Assembly (NCBI GenBank): GCA_963771075.1
Contig: CAVYSE010000028.1
Location: forward strand, 96,001-160,000
Direction of reading: 5' to 3'
DNA: 64,000 nucleotides
Origin: a candidate division FCPU426 bacterium
GTDB lineage: Bacteria > Oederibacteriota > Muellerivitia > Muellerivitales > Muellerivitaceae
Part shown: one piece after another, positions 27,391-38,088 of the stretch
Layout of the letters: each line of letters begins with the position of its first letter
How positions within the stretch are numbered: position 1 is the first letter of the stretch
Made by a program: the position numbers and the translations under genes
The notes under the pieces: model-generated
Told to the model about the DNA's origin: nothing
Databases searched by the model: none
What the model saw: only the letters and a program-made list of their open reading frames with translations

Positions 27391-30213
27391 ATGTTTCAAG
27401 ACGATCCAACCGATCCCCTTTCCTCCCAATCCCCGGCTCAGGGCGATTACACCCTCTCGCACGTGGTGCGTTTTTTCGCGCGCAACCTCGGCCAGGTTAT
27501 TTCCGATCAGGATGGCCCCCAAGCCCTGGCCCTGGTGGAAAGGGTCCGGTCCCTATGCAAACAGCTCCGAGCCACCCCCGGCGAGGCCATCGCCGAGGAA
27601 GTAGCCGCCATCATCGCGGGTCTTTCCCTGGAACAGCTCAACTTGCTCACGAAAGCCTTCACCCATTATTTCGGCCTGATCAACCTGGCGGAGAAGCTGG
27701 AACTGCTTTACCAGATCCGGGAGGAATCCCTTTTAAATCCCCAATCCAAACGGGAGGGTTCCCTTTCTTCCGCCATCCGGCTATTGCGGGAACAGGGGGT
27801 TCCGGCGAAGAAACTGCAAACCCTCCTGGGTCAGGCCCGCATCACCATGGTCTTCACCGCCCACCCCACCGAGTCCAAGCGCCCCACCATCCTGGATAAG
27901 CTTCACCGTATCGGCAGTCTGGCTTCCCGTTTAAGTCAGGAAAGGCTTTTGCGGGAGGAAATGGAGGATTGCCAGAACCAGCTGAGGGAAGAACTGACCT
28001 CCCTCTGGCAGACTGACGATGTGCGCCAGACCCAGCCCGAGGTTTTGGACGAAGTCCGGGGCCATCTTTATTACTATAAGGAAACCCTGATGCAGGTGAT
28101 CCCCTCCCTCTACCGGGAATTGGAGAATTCCCTGAAAGAGGAATATCCCAAGACCCCCTGGCCCCTGAAATCCTTCCTGACCTTCGGCACCTGGATGGGG
28201 GGGGACCGGGACGGCAATCCTTTCGTGACCCCGGCCGTGACGGTCGAGGCCCTCTGTTTGCTCCGTAAAGTGGGTTTGGAATTAACGATGGAATCCGTGG
28301 ACATGCTTTCTTCCCGGCTTTCCATCTCCAGCCGTTGGGCGTCGATTTCCGACCCCCTGCGCCAATCCCTGGAGGCGGACGCGAAACTTTTCCCGGCTCT
28401 TTCCGAAAATCTTTCCCGCCGGTCACCGCGGGAGTATTACCGGCACAAATGCTCCTATATCTCCGAGAAATTGCGCCGGACCCTGGCCTATAACGGCCAA
28501 TTCAAGGAACATTGGCGTGCCGGGCTGGAAAAACCCTTGAAAGACACCTGGTATGCCACGCCCGCAGGGCTTTTGGAGGAATTGAAGATGGTCTCCGGGA
28601 GTTTGATCGGGAACAACGGCGGGATCCTGGCGGAAGGATTCCTGGAGGAGGTGATCCGTCGGGTGGAGGTCTTTGGGTTCAACCTGGCTTCCATGGATGT
28701 GCGGCAGCATAGCGCCCGCCACTCGGCCGCCCTCGCGGAGATCTTTCAAACCATCGGGGTGGCCGACGATTATGACCGCCTGAGCGAAGACTTGAAACGG
28801 GCCATCCTCATCCAGGAACTCAAGGGCAAACGCCCGCTGGTCTCCGACCGTCTGGCCCTCAGCCCCGAAACCCGGGAGACGCTGGAGACCTTCCACATGA
28901 TCGCCCGGGTGAAAGAACACCTGGACCCTTCGGCCCTCCACACCTACATCATCTCCATGACCAAAAACATCAGCGACGTCCTCGCTGTGCTCCTATTGGC
29001 CCGGGAAGCGGGCCTCTTTCTGGACAACGCTTACAGCCGTATCGATGTGGTACCGCTATTTGAGACCCGGGGGGATTTGCGGAACGCCGGGGCCTTCATG
29101 GCCAAGCTCTTCAAGATCGACGTGTACCGACGCCACGTCGCCCAGCGATGCGACCTTCAGGAGATCATGCTCGGCTACAGCGACTCCAACAAGGAAAGCG
29201 GGTACCTGGCGGCCAATTGGTCCCTGTACCGCGCCCAGGTGGATCTGGCCTCGGTGGCGGACCAGCACGAAATCCAATTGCGGCTGTTCCACGGGCGGGG
29301 CGGCAGCATCGGCCGGGGGGGCGGACCCGCCAGCCGGGCGATCCTGGCCCAGCCTCCACGAACCATCCGGGGGGCCCTGAAAATCACCGAGCAGGGAGAG
29401 GTCATCAGCGACCATTACGGCGAGCCGGAAGCGGCCCGCCATCATTTGGAACAAATATTGAACGCCGCCTTACGTAGTTCCTTTCCCTCCAAGGAAGTGA
29501 TGCCGAAAAAAAGCTGGGAACATCTCATGGAAAAAATCGCCGAAGCCTCCCACCAGGCCTACCGGTCCCTGGTTTATGACCATCCCCGCTTCGTGGAATA
29601 CTTCCGCCTGGCCACCCCCATCTCGGAGATCAGCCAGCACCGGATCGCGAGCAGGCCCGCCAGCCGCAAGGTTAGCGACCATATCGAGGATTTGCGCGCC
29701 ATCCCCTGGGTCTTTAGTTGGATGCAGTCCCGCACTACCCTGCCGGGATGGTACGGACTGGGGTCCGCCCTCCAGAAAACGATCAGGGAAACACCCGAGG
29801 GATTATCCCAACTACGGGAAATGTATGCCCAATGGCCCTTTTTCCAGCAGCTCTTGGACAACGCCCAAATGATCCTGTCCAAGGCGGACATGGATATCGC
29901 CCGGCGCTACGCCGCCCTCTGTCCGGACGAGGGGCTTCGGAAGGAAATTTTCGGGCGAATTGAAGCCGAATACCTGGAGTCCCTATCGGCCATCCGGCAA
30001 ATCGCCCAGGTCCAGGAAATCCTGGAAAAGGATATCCAGCTTTTCCAATCTATAAAATTACGCAATCCCTACATTGATCCCATCAGTTTTATACAAATCG
30101 AGTTGATTCAACGTCTACGCTCGAACCCAAGCGAACTTTTGAAGGCCCAACTTCAGGAAGCTATCCTCATGACGATCAACGGCATCGCGGCGGGCCTGAA
30201 AAACACGGGTTAA
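27391..30213 (+). CDS. ppc: Phosphoenolpyruvate carboxylase
   Basis: VFTAHPTE, WMGGDRDGNP, MLGYSDSNKE, FHGRGGSIGRGG, LRAIPW, GLKNTG. Confidence 0.98.
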   Translation: MFQDDPTDPLSSQSPAQGDYTLSHVVRFFARNLGQVISDQDGPQALALVERVRSLCKQLRATPGEAIAEEVAAIIAGLSLEQLNLLTKAFTHYFGLINLAEKLELLYQIREESLLNPQSKREGSLSSAIRLLREQGVPAKKLQTLLGQARITMVFTAHPTESKRPTILDKLHRIGSLASRLSQERLLREEMEDCQNQLREELTSLWQTDDVRQTQPEVLDEVRGHLYYYKETLMQVIPSLYRELENSLKEEYPKTPWPLKSFLTFGTWMGGDRDGNPFVTPAVTVEALCLLRKVGLELTMESVDMLSSRLSISSRWASISDPLRQSLEADAKLFPALSENLSRRSPREYYRHKCSYISEKLRRTLAYNGQFKEHWRAGLEKPLKDTWYATPAGLLEELKMVSGSLIGNNGGILAEGFLEEVIRRVEVFGFNLASMDVRQHSARHSAALAEIFQTIGVADDYDRLSEDLKRAILIQELKGKRPLVSDRLALSPETRETLETFHMIARVKEHLDPSALHTYIISMTKNISDVLAVLLLAREAGLFLDNAYSRIDVVPLFETRGDLRNAGAFMAKLFKIDVYRRHVAQRCDLQEIMLGYSDSNKESGYLAANWSLYRAQVDLASVADQHEIQLRLFHGRGGSIGRGGGPASRAILAQPPRTIRGALKITEQGEVISDHYGEPEAARHHLEQILNAALRSSFPSKEVMPKKSWEHLMEKIAEASHQAYRSLVYDHPRFVEYFRLATPISEISQHRIASRPASRKVSDHIEDLRAIPWVFSWMQSRTTLPGWYGLGSALQKTIRETPEGLSQLREMYAQWPFFQQLLDNAQMILSKADMDIARRYAALCPDEGLRKEIFGRIEAEYLESLSAIRQIAQVQEILEKDIQLFQSIKLRNPYIDPISFIQIELIQRLRSNPSELLKAQLQEAILMTINGIAAGLKNTG

Positions 30214-30386
30214 CTTTTTTAAATCGGGAATCTCTTGTTCAATTTACAAAGATTTAACCCCACCCAAGCCCGGCCTTAAAACCCCCATGGTCGAATGGAC
30301 AAAACATGACCGAAATCGTATGTACCCGTTGAATTCAATGTAAAATAACGAAGGTCGACGTTCGAAATAGTGAAAGTGCCCTATTC

Positions 30387-31184
30387 ATGCCCAACCCAGC
30401 TCACCCCAACCTTTTGGTCGTAGAACCCAATCCCAATCTCCGCGAATTGCTCGTCATTCGCTTGGAGTGTTTCAATTGTAATGTGTTGGAAGCTTCCAAT
30501 ACCTCCGAGCTGGATAAAATCCTTCCGAACCATCCCGTAGAAATCATTGTCACGGCCTGGTCCATCCCCGGGCTGGAGGGTTTGGAACTGCTCAAGCGGT
30601 TGGAACCCCGCCGTCGCAAGGTGCTCCTTCTGGTCGAATCGGACGTTGAAGTACCGACCGCCAACCTTGCCCTTTTAGGCCTGGATTCGGTCCATACCCA
30701 CAAGAAAAGATCGGACCTTTTTAAAAGGGTCGAGGACCTCTTAGGCCAGGTTCGCAACTTTCCCTCGGAAGCGCCCGTTCCATCCAGCAGACAGATCCTT
30801 CTGGTGGACGATTCCAAGGCCATCCGGTCATTTCTCCGAAAAAGCCTGGAAACTTCGCTGCCCGGTTCCGTGATCCGGGAGGCGGCCGATGGCGTGACCG
30901 CTATCTCCGAAATGTCCAAAAAAAAGGTCGATTTGATCGTGACCGATCTGGAAATGCCCGGAATGGACGGCCGGACTTTCCTGCGCAAGATCCGCCAAAA
31001 TCCGATTTTGAGAGCCAAGCCCATTCTGGTCTTGTCCGGATCCATCACCCACGAGCTTTTGGAGGAATTCAAGGAGGACCCGGCCCTACTTTTCATCGCC
31101 AAGCCCTGCACCGCCGAAGTTTTAGGCCAAAGCGCGGTCCGCCTTCTCAACCCCGAATTGAAAGCTTCCCGGCTGAAAGTTTAA
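30387..31184 (+). CDS. Tandem receiver-domain response regulator
   Basis: Degenerate first REC; second REC with LLVDDS, VTDLEMPGMDG, AKP. Confidence 0.88.
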   Translation: MPNPAHPNLLVVEPNPNLRELLVIRLECFNCNVLEASNTSELDKILPNHPVEIIVTAWSIPGLEGLELLKRLEPRRRKVLLLVESDVEVPTANLALLGLDSVHTHKKRSDLFKRVEDLLGQVRNFPSEAPVPSSRQILLVDDSKAIRSFLRKSLETSLPGSVIREAADGVTAISEMSKKKVDLIVTDLEMPGMDGRTFLRKIRQNPILRAKPILVLSGSITHELLEEFKEDPALLFIAKPCTAEVLGQSAVRLLNPELKASRLKV

Positions 31185-31313
31185 TCCAACGCGAACCCGA
31201 ATATTTCCACGCCCTCACGGCCGAACATAGGCGCCCGATTTGCGCTACTGTAGAAAACCTTCGAGGGTTGGTTGTATCCCGTTTATATCAAAAACGTTAA
31301 GATAGGACCCCTT

Positions 31314-31721
31314 ATGGTGCTCAAATCCTTTCCCAACATCCTTCTCGTGGACGACAGCACCACCAACCTTCTCCTGCTTTCCCGCGCCATGAAAGCCAAG
31401 GGTTTTCTTGTAGAAACAGCGGCCAGCGGGGCGGAGGCCCTGGAACTAATCAACAACCATTCCTTCGGCTTGATATTGCTTGATTTGTTGATGCCGGGCC
31501 TGGATGGCTTGGAAGTTTGTCAAAGGCTCAGCCAACATCCCCAGCGGGCGCAATTCAAGGTGGTCATCTGTTCTGGATGCGATGAACTGGAAGTGATCCA
31601 AAACACCCTGGGAACGGGCGCGGACGCCTATTTTGTCAAGGAAGGAACGCCCGAGGAATTCGCCGACCGTTTGGCGGCGCTCTTCGCCGGTGAAACCACC
31701 ACGCCATCCGAACCGCTGTAG
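31314..31721 (+). CDS. Single-domain response regulator
   Basis: LLVDDS, LLDLLMPGLDG, GADAYFVK. Confidence 0.9.
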   Translation: MVLKSFPNILLVDDSTTNLLLLSRAMKAKGFLVETAASGAEALELINNHSFGLILLDLLMPGLDGLEVCQRLSQHPQRAQFKVVICSGCDELEVIQNTLGTGADAYFVKEGTPEEFADRLAALFAGETTTPSEPL

Positions 31722-31901
31722 GCCGCCCTGGATTTCGCCGGTCGGCAATCCATCTCCCTGGGCTTGACCTCTCCTACCAAGCCTCCACACGACTTGTCAT
31801 CCGATCGGCCATAACTTAAAACCCCTAACCCTCATCAAATAATTACCACAGGGACAAGGGACGACACCGACCTCATTCATGCTTTATGGAAACTCTTAAG
31901 T

Positions 31902-31964
31902 GCTGTAACAAAACCATGATTTTCTTGGCGTCTTCGCGGTCAAAGGTTGAGGTTTGGTTACAGG
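31902..31964. repeat. Short dispersed MITE/REP-like element
   Basis: GCTGTAACAAAACC...TCTTCGCGGTCAAAGGTTGAGGTTTGGTTACAGG; terminal inverted repeat; close copy of 21307-21370. Confidence 0.7.
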
Positions 31965-31974
31965 TTTTAATATC

Positions 31975-33264
31975 CTACGCGCCCTTTAAATCCATCACCG
32001 CCAGGTGGATCGGTTCATTCCCCACCTCATAATACCGGTCAAAAAGCACCTCCCCGGTCGGCAGTCCGAGGGACTCGGAGGTTTTGGGGGCCACTGAGGG
32101 AATACTCAAAAAATGATGCTTGGACATCATGGATTTGATGTTCCCGCCTAAAATATTCACCATTTCTTTCAACGCGTCCTCGGAAAGCTCGGCGGGTACG
32201 AGACCCTTTCCATCTCCGAACAAATAACTCGCCGAATCGGCGGCGGTTTTATCCGTGACCGTCAGGCGGACCATTAGGTTTCGGGCCCCGAGGATCCGGA
32301 TATAAGCTGAGATTAAGGACGTGCCGGCGCGGAACCCTTTTTTGCCCGTCCCGATCGGGGTCTTTCCCATCATCGTGGCCCAAAGATCCAGCAGGAACCG
32401 GTCGATCGCCTCCAGATTCAGGGCTCCTTCCACCGACACCGCTTGGCGCACATGGTAACCCACGACCTGATCGCCGTAAGGCAGGCTGTTCAGGCTGCCT
32501 CCCAGAAAAAGCGCGGTCTCCGAAGACCCCAAAAACAGAATGCCCACCGCGCCAAGGGATTCCCGGCAGCGGGTCAGGACGCTTTTCTTCATGTCCGTCT
32601 CGAAATAGATCATGACGTTGCGCATCAGGAGAAGGTCGACCGGTTTCTCCTCCAGCCACTTTTCTTTCAGGTTGATGTTCCTGAATTCCACGCTGAGCCG
32701 AATTTCATCTTTTACTCGATAGTTGGAACCTACAGGCTCCATATAACGTTCCAGGTACTGGGGCGGGAGGCCGCGCCGGCTTTCCACGCCGTTATAAATC
32801 CCGGATCGGGCTTGTTCGAGGACGGTCTTGGAAAAATCGCTGGCGATGATCCGAAAGTCCCAGTCCATCAAATAGGGGAACTTGTCATGGATCATCATGG
32901 CCAGGCTGTATGGCTCCTGCCCGGTCGAGCAGGCGGCGCTCCAAAGGGTCAGGGATTTCGAATCTTTTTTGCGATGGACGATCTCCGGCAAGACCCGGCT
33001 TTCGAGAATCTGGAAAAAGGCCGGATCCCTGAAAAAATAGGTTTCTCCCGGCACCAAAGACTCCACTACCTTTTGGGAGAGGCTTCCCTGCGGATCCTTC
33101 TCGATGGTTCGCATCAGATCCTGCATAGAGGAAACTCCCCAGGTTTCCAGGTTCGGTTCCACCAGGGACAAGAGCAGATCATCCCGGTCGTTTTCCAGAT
33201 TGACCCCGCATTGAGCCAGGACCAACTGCCGAAGAGTCTCAAAAAAAGAGGTCTGAACGCTCAT
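31975..33264 (-). CDS. cheR: CheR methyltransferase with C-terminal CheX-like domain
   Basis: ETYFFRD, WSAACSTGQEPYSLAM, MRNVMIYF; C-terminal DALKEMVNILGGNIK...LSIP. Start at the ATGA overlap with cheB. Confidence 0.92.
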   Translation of the reverse strand: MSVQTSFFETLRQLVLAQCGVNLENDRDDLLLSLVEPNLETWGVSSMQDLMRTIEKDPQGSLSQKVVESLVPGETYFFRDPAFFQILESRVLPEIVHRKKDSKSLTLWSAACSTGQEPYSLAMMIHDKFPYLMDWDFRIIASDFSKTVLEQARSGIYNGVESRRGLPPQYLERYMEPVGSNYRVKDEIRLSVEFRNINLKEKWLEEKPVDLLLMRNVMIYFETDMKKSVLTRCRESLGAVGILFLGSSETALFLGGSLNSLPYGDQVVGYHVRQAVSVEGALNLEAIDRFLLDLWATMMGKTPIGTGKKGFRAGTSLISAYIRILGARNLMVRLTVTDKTAADSASYLFGDGKGLVPAELSEDALKEMVNILGGNIKSMMSKHHFLSIPSVAPKTSESLGLPTGEVLFDRYYEVGNEPIHLAVMDLKGA

Positions 33265-34331
33265 GGTTTCTTTCCCTGTGGAACAGCGTGGTATCCCTCG
33301 ACCCAAACCGCTTCCGCAATCTCCGCCGCGATCGACCCGACGTCCAGAACCTTGTCGGCCAAGCGGGCTTTCGCCACCACTCCTGGCATGCCCCAAACCA
33401 CGCTGGAAGCCTCATTCTGGACCAGGATGGAAGCCCCTTGGGCCCTCAATTTTTCCGCACCCCTAAACCCGTCTTGGCCCATGCCGGTCAAGACCACCGC
33501 CAAGGCATTGGGTCCCATCACCTTGGCGGCGGACTCAAAAAGCACGTCCACCGAAGGCCGGCATGAATTGACCGCGGGCCCCTGGTTCAAGGCGATTCGA
33601 ACGCCTTCCGGGGACGGCCGCAGCTCCATGTGATGGTCGCCCGGAGCCAATCGGACCATGGGACCCTCCAGCCGTTCCCCATCCCGCGCTTCGCGGACAT
33701 CCAATCCTGTTTGGTGGGCCAACCGAAGCGCCAGGGTTTCGGTGAATAACGGGGGAAGGTGTTGGACGATCAAGATGGGCACTTTCCAGGGGGAGGGAAG
33801 CCCGCCCAATACCGTCAAGAGCGCGGCGGGCCCCCCCGTGGAGGATCCAATGAGTACCGCTTCGGGCCTGGACTTGCGTGGGAGCTTCATCTCTAAGGAC
33901 CCGGCCGTGAATCCTTCGGGGGATCGCTTCAACAGGGCCTTCATTTTGGGGATCAGGCTTTGCCGGATCTTATCCAGAGCCTCCTCCCGGCTGCCGCTTC
34001 CCTCGGGTTTTTCCTCGTAATCCTGGGCTCCCAGCAAGAGGGCTTCCACCGTGGTCTGGGCTCCCAATTTCGTAAGGCTGGAATACATCACCACGAGCAG
34101 GCGGGGATACAGGGACCTTATTTGCTTGAGGGTTTGCAAACCGTCCATTTCGGGCATCTCGACGTCCAGCAACACCAGGTCGGGATGGAACAGGGGTATG
34201 ATTTCCAGGGCTTTCCGGCCGTCCGGAGCCGTGCCCACGACGGTGAGCTCCGGGTCCTCATCCAGGACCCGGACTAGGGTCTGCCGGACAACCACCGAAT
34301 CGTCGACCAGCAGCAATCGGGCCTTAGCCAT
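33261..34331 (-). CDS. cheB: Chemotaxis methylesterase
   Basis: REC domain plus IGSSTGGP, IVQHLP, RPSVDVLF, LTGMGQDG. Confidence 0.96.
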   Translation of the reverse strand: MAKARLLLVDDSVVVRQTLVRVLDEDPELTVVGTAPDGRKALEIIPLFHPDLVLLDVEMPEMDGLQTLKQIRSLYPRLLVVMYSSLTKLGAQTTVEALLLGAQDYEEKPEGSGSREEALDKIRQSLIPKMKALLKRSPEGFTAGSLEMKLPRKSRPEAVLIGSSTGGPAALLTVLGGLPSPWKVPILIVQHLPPLFTETLALRLAHQTGLDVREARDGERLEGPMVRLAPGDHHMELRPSPEGVRIALNQGPAVNSCRPSVDVLFESAAKVMGPNALAVVLTGMGQDGFRGAEKLRAQGASILVQNEASSVVWGMPGVVAKARLADKVLDVGSIAAEIAEAVWVEGYHAVPQGKKP

Positions 34332-34710
34332 GGGGTCCTTCCCCGAGGAGTCCGATCAACTCCAGCTTCTTTTTAAGCACATCCTTCGTGAAAGGCTTGG
34401 TCACATACTCGTCGGCGCCGGCATCGAACATTTTTTCCATGTTCTGCGCCTGGGCCTCGCTGGAAACCACCACCAGGCGGATCTTCCGGTACTCCGGGCG
34501 CGAGCGTACGGCCATAATGAATTCATACCCGTTCATCTCCGGCATATTCCAATCCACCAGGACCAGGTCCAACGCTCCGGACTTGCCCAGCAGGTCCATG
34601 CCCTCCAGTCCGTTTCCCGCTTCCTGGACCTCAAACCCCAGTTCGCCCATGATCTTCTTGAGGATCATGCGCATGGCCTTGGAATCATCCATAATCAAAA
34701 CTGATTTCAT
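34324..34710 (-). CDS. cheY: CheY-like response regulator
   Basis: DDSKAMR, VDWNMPEMNG, TKPF; inside the che operon. Confidence 0.9.
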   Translation of the reverse strand: MKSVLIMDDSKAMRMILKKIMGELGFEVQEAGNGLEGMDLLGKSGALDLVLVDWNMPEMNGYEFIMAVRSRPEYRKIRLVVVSSEAQAQNMEKMFDAGADEYVTKPFTKDVLKKKLELIGLLGEGPHG

Positions 34711-34755
34711 CTTTTCCGTTCCTCTTGTTGGACTTGGAAAAATCCCTTTTTCGGT

Positions 34756-36261
34756 TTAAACCTTGAACTGGCCCACCAGGGCCTGAAGGTCGGAGGCGGT
34801 CCGGTAGAGGTCCTTCGCCGCGGCCTGGATATCGGTCGCGCCCTTGGAGGTACTCTTGGTGGCCTGGGCCACCCCCGAGATGTTCCCCGCGATCTCGGTG
34901 GAACCCCGGGCCGCCTCCGCCAGGTTTCGGCTCATTTCGGTGGTGGTGGCCGCCTGTTCCTCCACCGCGCTGGCGATGGTCGTGGAGATGTCGTTGATCT
35001 TGGAAATGATCTCACTGATCTTGCCGATGGCCTCCACAGAAACATGGGTGCTGTTGCGAATGGACTGGACGCGTTTCTCGATGTCCTCGGTGGAACGCGC
35101 CGTTTCCTTGGCCAATTCCTTGATCTCATTGGCGACGACGGCGAATCCACGCCCTGCTTCACCGGCCCTCGCCGCCTCAATGGTGGCGTTCAAGGCCAGC
35201 AGGTTCGTCTGCTCATTGATCGAAGTGATCACCTTCAAGACTTCGCCTATTTCGGCGCTGGCCTGGCCCAGCTGTGTCACGTGGGAATTGGCGTCCTTGG
35301 CGATCCGCACCGCGGACACGGCCACCTGGGCGGCTTCGCTGGAGTTTTGGGCGATTTCCTTGATGCTGGAGGACATGCCCTGGGTGGCCGAGGACACCAC
35401 CTGCAGGTTCTGGCTCACCTGGCGGGCTCCGGCGGAAACCGCGTTGGCCTGGGAGGAAGTCTCCTGGGCGGCCACCCCCACCACGGTCGCGGTCTCGGTC
35501 AGCTGGCCGGAGGAGGCCAAAAGGGAGCGGCCCGTTTCCACGAAGGATTGGACCAGCCTCTGCATCCTCTCCGCGAAAAGGTTAAAGGCCCCCGCGATCT
35601 CGCCCAACTCGTCCTTCGAATCCAACTCCAGGCGCTTGGTCAAATCACCCTCTCCCCGGGCGATATCCTTTAACCGGTTGAGGAGTTGGTAAAGGGGGAC
35701 CGTCAGCTGTTTTTGAAGCGTGGAAGCCACTAGGTATGAAATCAACATGGACAGGAGCCAAACCGCGACCGTTAATCCGAGGAACCGGTAGAAGCGGGCG
35801 CTCATATCGGCCATGTCCGACTCCAGGAAGAGGGTCCCGGATTTTTCCCCGGCCATTTGAATGGAGTGGAAATATCGGATCGTGTTCCCCTTAAACTCAA
35901 ACCCCTCGTTCCCCAAAGGCGGCAGGGTCGCCTGGCTATCCTGTTTGGCGGACCGGTAACTGGCGAAGGTATTGCCTTTGGAGTCGTAGAGGCATGCGGT
36001 CAGGATGTGGGGGTTGCCCTTGAGGGTCGCCAGTAAATCGCCCGCGGTCTTGGTGTCATTGAAGGCCAGGGCCGCAGTGCTGTTGTCCCCGATCACCTGG
36101 GCAAGATTCTCCAGATTCTGTTCCATGACGGTCGGGTAGGTCACCCTTTCCAGCAAAATGAAGGCCAGGCAGGCGGTCACCAGCGACACCGAAGCCGTGA
36201 CGGTGGTGATGAACATGATCTTGCGGGCAATCCCCATGTCTTTGAAATTAATAGTGAGCAT
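34756..36261 (-). CDS. Methyl-accepting chemotaxis protein with CHASE8-like (YfiN-type) periplasmic sensor and HAMP
   Basis: [23 protein letters not shown]...ACLYD-TM; HAMP GDLTKRL...[30 protein letters not shown]. Confidence 0.92.
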   Translation of the reverse strand: MLTINFKDMGIARKIMFITTVTASVSLVTACLAFILLERVTYPTVMEQNLENLAQVIGDNSTAALAFNDTKTAGDLLATLKGNPHILTACLYDSKGNTFASYRSAKQDSQATLPPLGNEGFEFKGNTIRYFHSIQMAGEKSGTLFLESDMADMSARFYRFLGLTVAVWLLSMLISYLVASTLQKQLTVPLYQLLNRLKDIARGEGDLTKRLELDSKDELGEIAGAFNLFAERMQRLVQSFVETGRSLLASSGQLTETATVVGVAAQETSSQANAVSAGARQVSQNLQVVSSATQGMSSSIKEIAQNSSEAAQVAVSAVRIAKDANSHVTQLGQASAEIGEVLKVITSINEQTNLLALNATIEAARAGEAGRGFAVVANEIKELAKETARSTEDIEKRVQSIRNSTHVSVEAIGKISEIISKINDISTTIASAVEEQAATTTEMSRNLAEAARGSTEIAGNISGVAQATKSTSKGATDIQAAAKDLYRTASDLQALVGQFKV

Positions 36262-36346
36262 TCTTTTACCCCCAGCCGATTCTGTGACGATGTCGATTAC
36301 AGGTCAATGTCCGTTTCCCCGGAAGGAATTCCAGGAAGTGTAGCAC

Positions 36347-36937
36347 TCAATTACCTTCATATATTTTACATATTTGCAACAATTTAGAGCTTATCGAAAG
36401 ACCCGCCTTCTTGGCGGCCCCCACGTTTACCATCAGGGAAATTTTCGATCCCACCATATCAAAGAGAATATCCCCGCCTTTGAAAGGAAAGTTCTCGATC
36501 TCCGACACCGTCAAGACGCTGGAACCTTTTAATCCCGCGAGGATGGTTGAAACCCGGTCCTTTTCGCTGTAGCAAATGAAAAGAATTTGGCACTTTTTAA
36601 GGGAAGCCGCAGTACCCGCCCCAAATGCGGCGAAACGCTTGAGCTTGATGGGATGACCCCCGGCCTTTTTGCCATTGACGGCTGAATCCAGGACATCCCC
36701 AAAGGGATCCTCTCCCAATACTCCGATCACCAGGGGAGCGCCCGCCCCCGGCATGGCATCGGGAGGCCAGGTCACGAAATTGGCGAATTGGTAGAGGGCT
36801 GCCGCCTTGACGGAGTATTCGGAAAAATTGGCCTTGGCCGGGATACCCCCGGCCAGGAGCGCGAGAGATCCGATCGCCATCATGAAGGCTTTCCGCTTTT
36901 TTGAAAAAGTTAACTTTTTCAAGAGTCCCTCTTTCAC
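36347..36937 (-). CDS. YfiR/HmsC-family (DUF4154) periplasmic protein
   Basis: EYSVKAAALYQFANFVTWP, IGVLGEDPFG, CQILFI, VLTVSE, AGLSISSKLL. Confidence 0.9.
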   Translation of the reverse strand: MKEGLLKKLTFSKKRKAFMMAIGSLALLAGGIPAKANFSEYSVKAAALYQFANFVTWPPDAMPGAGAPLVIGVLGEDPFGDVLDSAVNGKKAGGHPIKLKRFAAFGAGTAASLKKCQILFICYSEKDRVSTILAGLKGSSVLTVSEIENFPFKGGDILFDMVGSKISLMVNVGAAKKAGLSISSKLLQICKIYEGN

Positions 36938-38088
36938 GAAACGCTTAATAGTTCACCACCACTTGGCCATAAACCCGCGGGACAATCTGGGTAGGATTGA
37001 CCCCAATGGTTTGAATGGTTTCAGAATGAGTGCCCTCCAGGTCCATCCCCCACAATCCCAGGGTGAGCTCTTCATCAACCTTCAAGGTCGATCCCACATT
37101 CACCCGGGTGTAGGGAGAGAGGGTGGGGAGAGCAGGGCTCAAATTGTTATCAGTCTGAAATGTGGCGTCTACCCAATAGCAATCCCCATTCAGTTTCCAA
37201 CCCGGCAAGGCTTCCCAACTGACCCGGCCACTGACGATATTGTGGGGAGGGGTGGCCCCCAATTCGGAGTTGGAGGAATTCACCATAGCTTGGTCATAGT
37301 CCTCGTAGGTGTAAGCCAGGGCGAATTGGAACGTCTTCACCGGGTTCCATTTAGCGCTCAATTCACCACCCCAAATATCCCCGGAGCCGTTGTTTTGCGC
37401 TTGATAAATGGGAATTTGATTAGGAGCCAATGTATTGCTGATAGTTCCCCCGGCTGGAGAATCGAAGGTTCCCGTCACCCACTCAAAAGACACCAGTTGG
37501 GAATAGCTGTTATAGAAACCAGCCAAATCTAATGAAAATTCCTTCGTTAAGTTGGCGCGATAGCCCAACTCGTAGGCCGTTAAAACCTCGGATTGTAAAT
37601 TGGAGTTAGGTATCAAAGCTACGTAATCCCCCGGGATCGGGGACTCGGTGACATAAATATCCGACGATTCCAAAGCCTGGGAGGGAATCCTCACCGCCCG
37701 GGATACCGCCCCCCAGAGGGTGTCTTTCGAATCCGGGGTAAAGAGAATACGTCCCGAGGGCTGCCATTCCCAACCCGTGTAGGAGTTGTTCTCAGCTTTG
37801 ATCCCGCCCGTCACGTAAAGCAGGTCCGGCGCCAGGGTGAAACGATCCTGGAGGAAAACATTGTAGATGTTGAGGCTCTGGTTCGACGGGGTGTAATACC
37901 AGTAGACGGGATTCAGGAACTGGTCGGAATAATTGCGGAAACCGCCCCCCCAAGTGATCTCGTTCCAATCGTTCAAATGGAACCGATGCTGCCCCTCGGC
38001 GTCGAACTGGCCCAGATTGGTGATGGTAGGTGCTATATACCCGCTGATGGGTGTTTGCTGGCTTTGGTTATCATAACTGTAGTAAACC

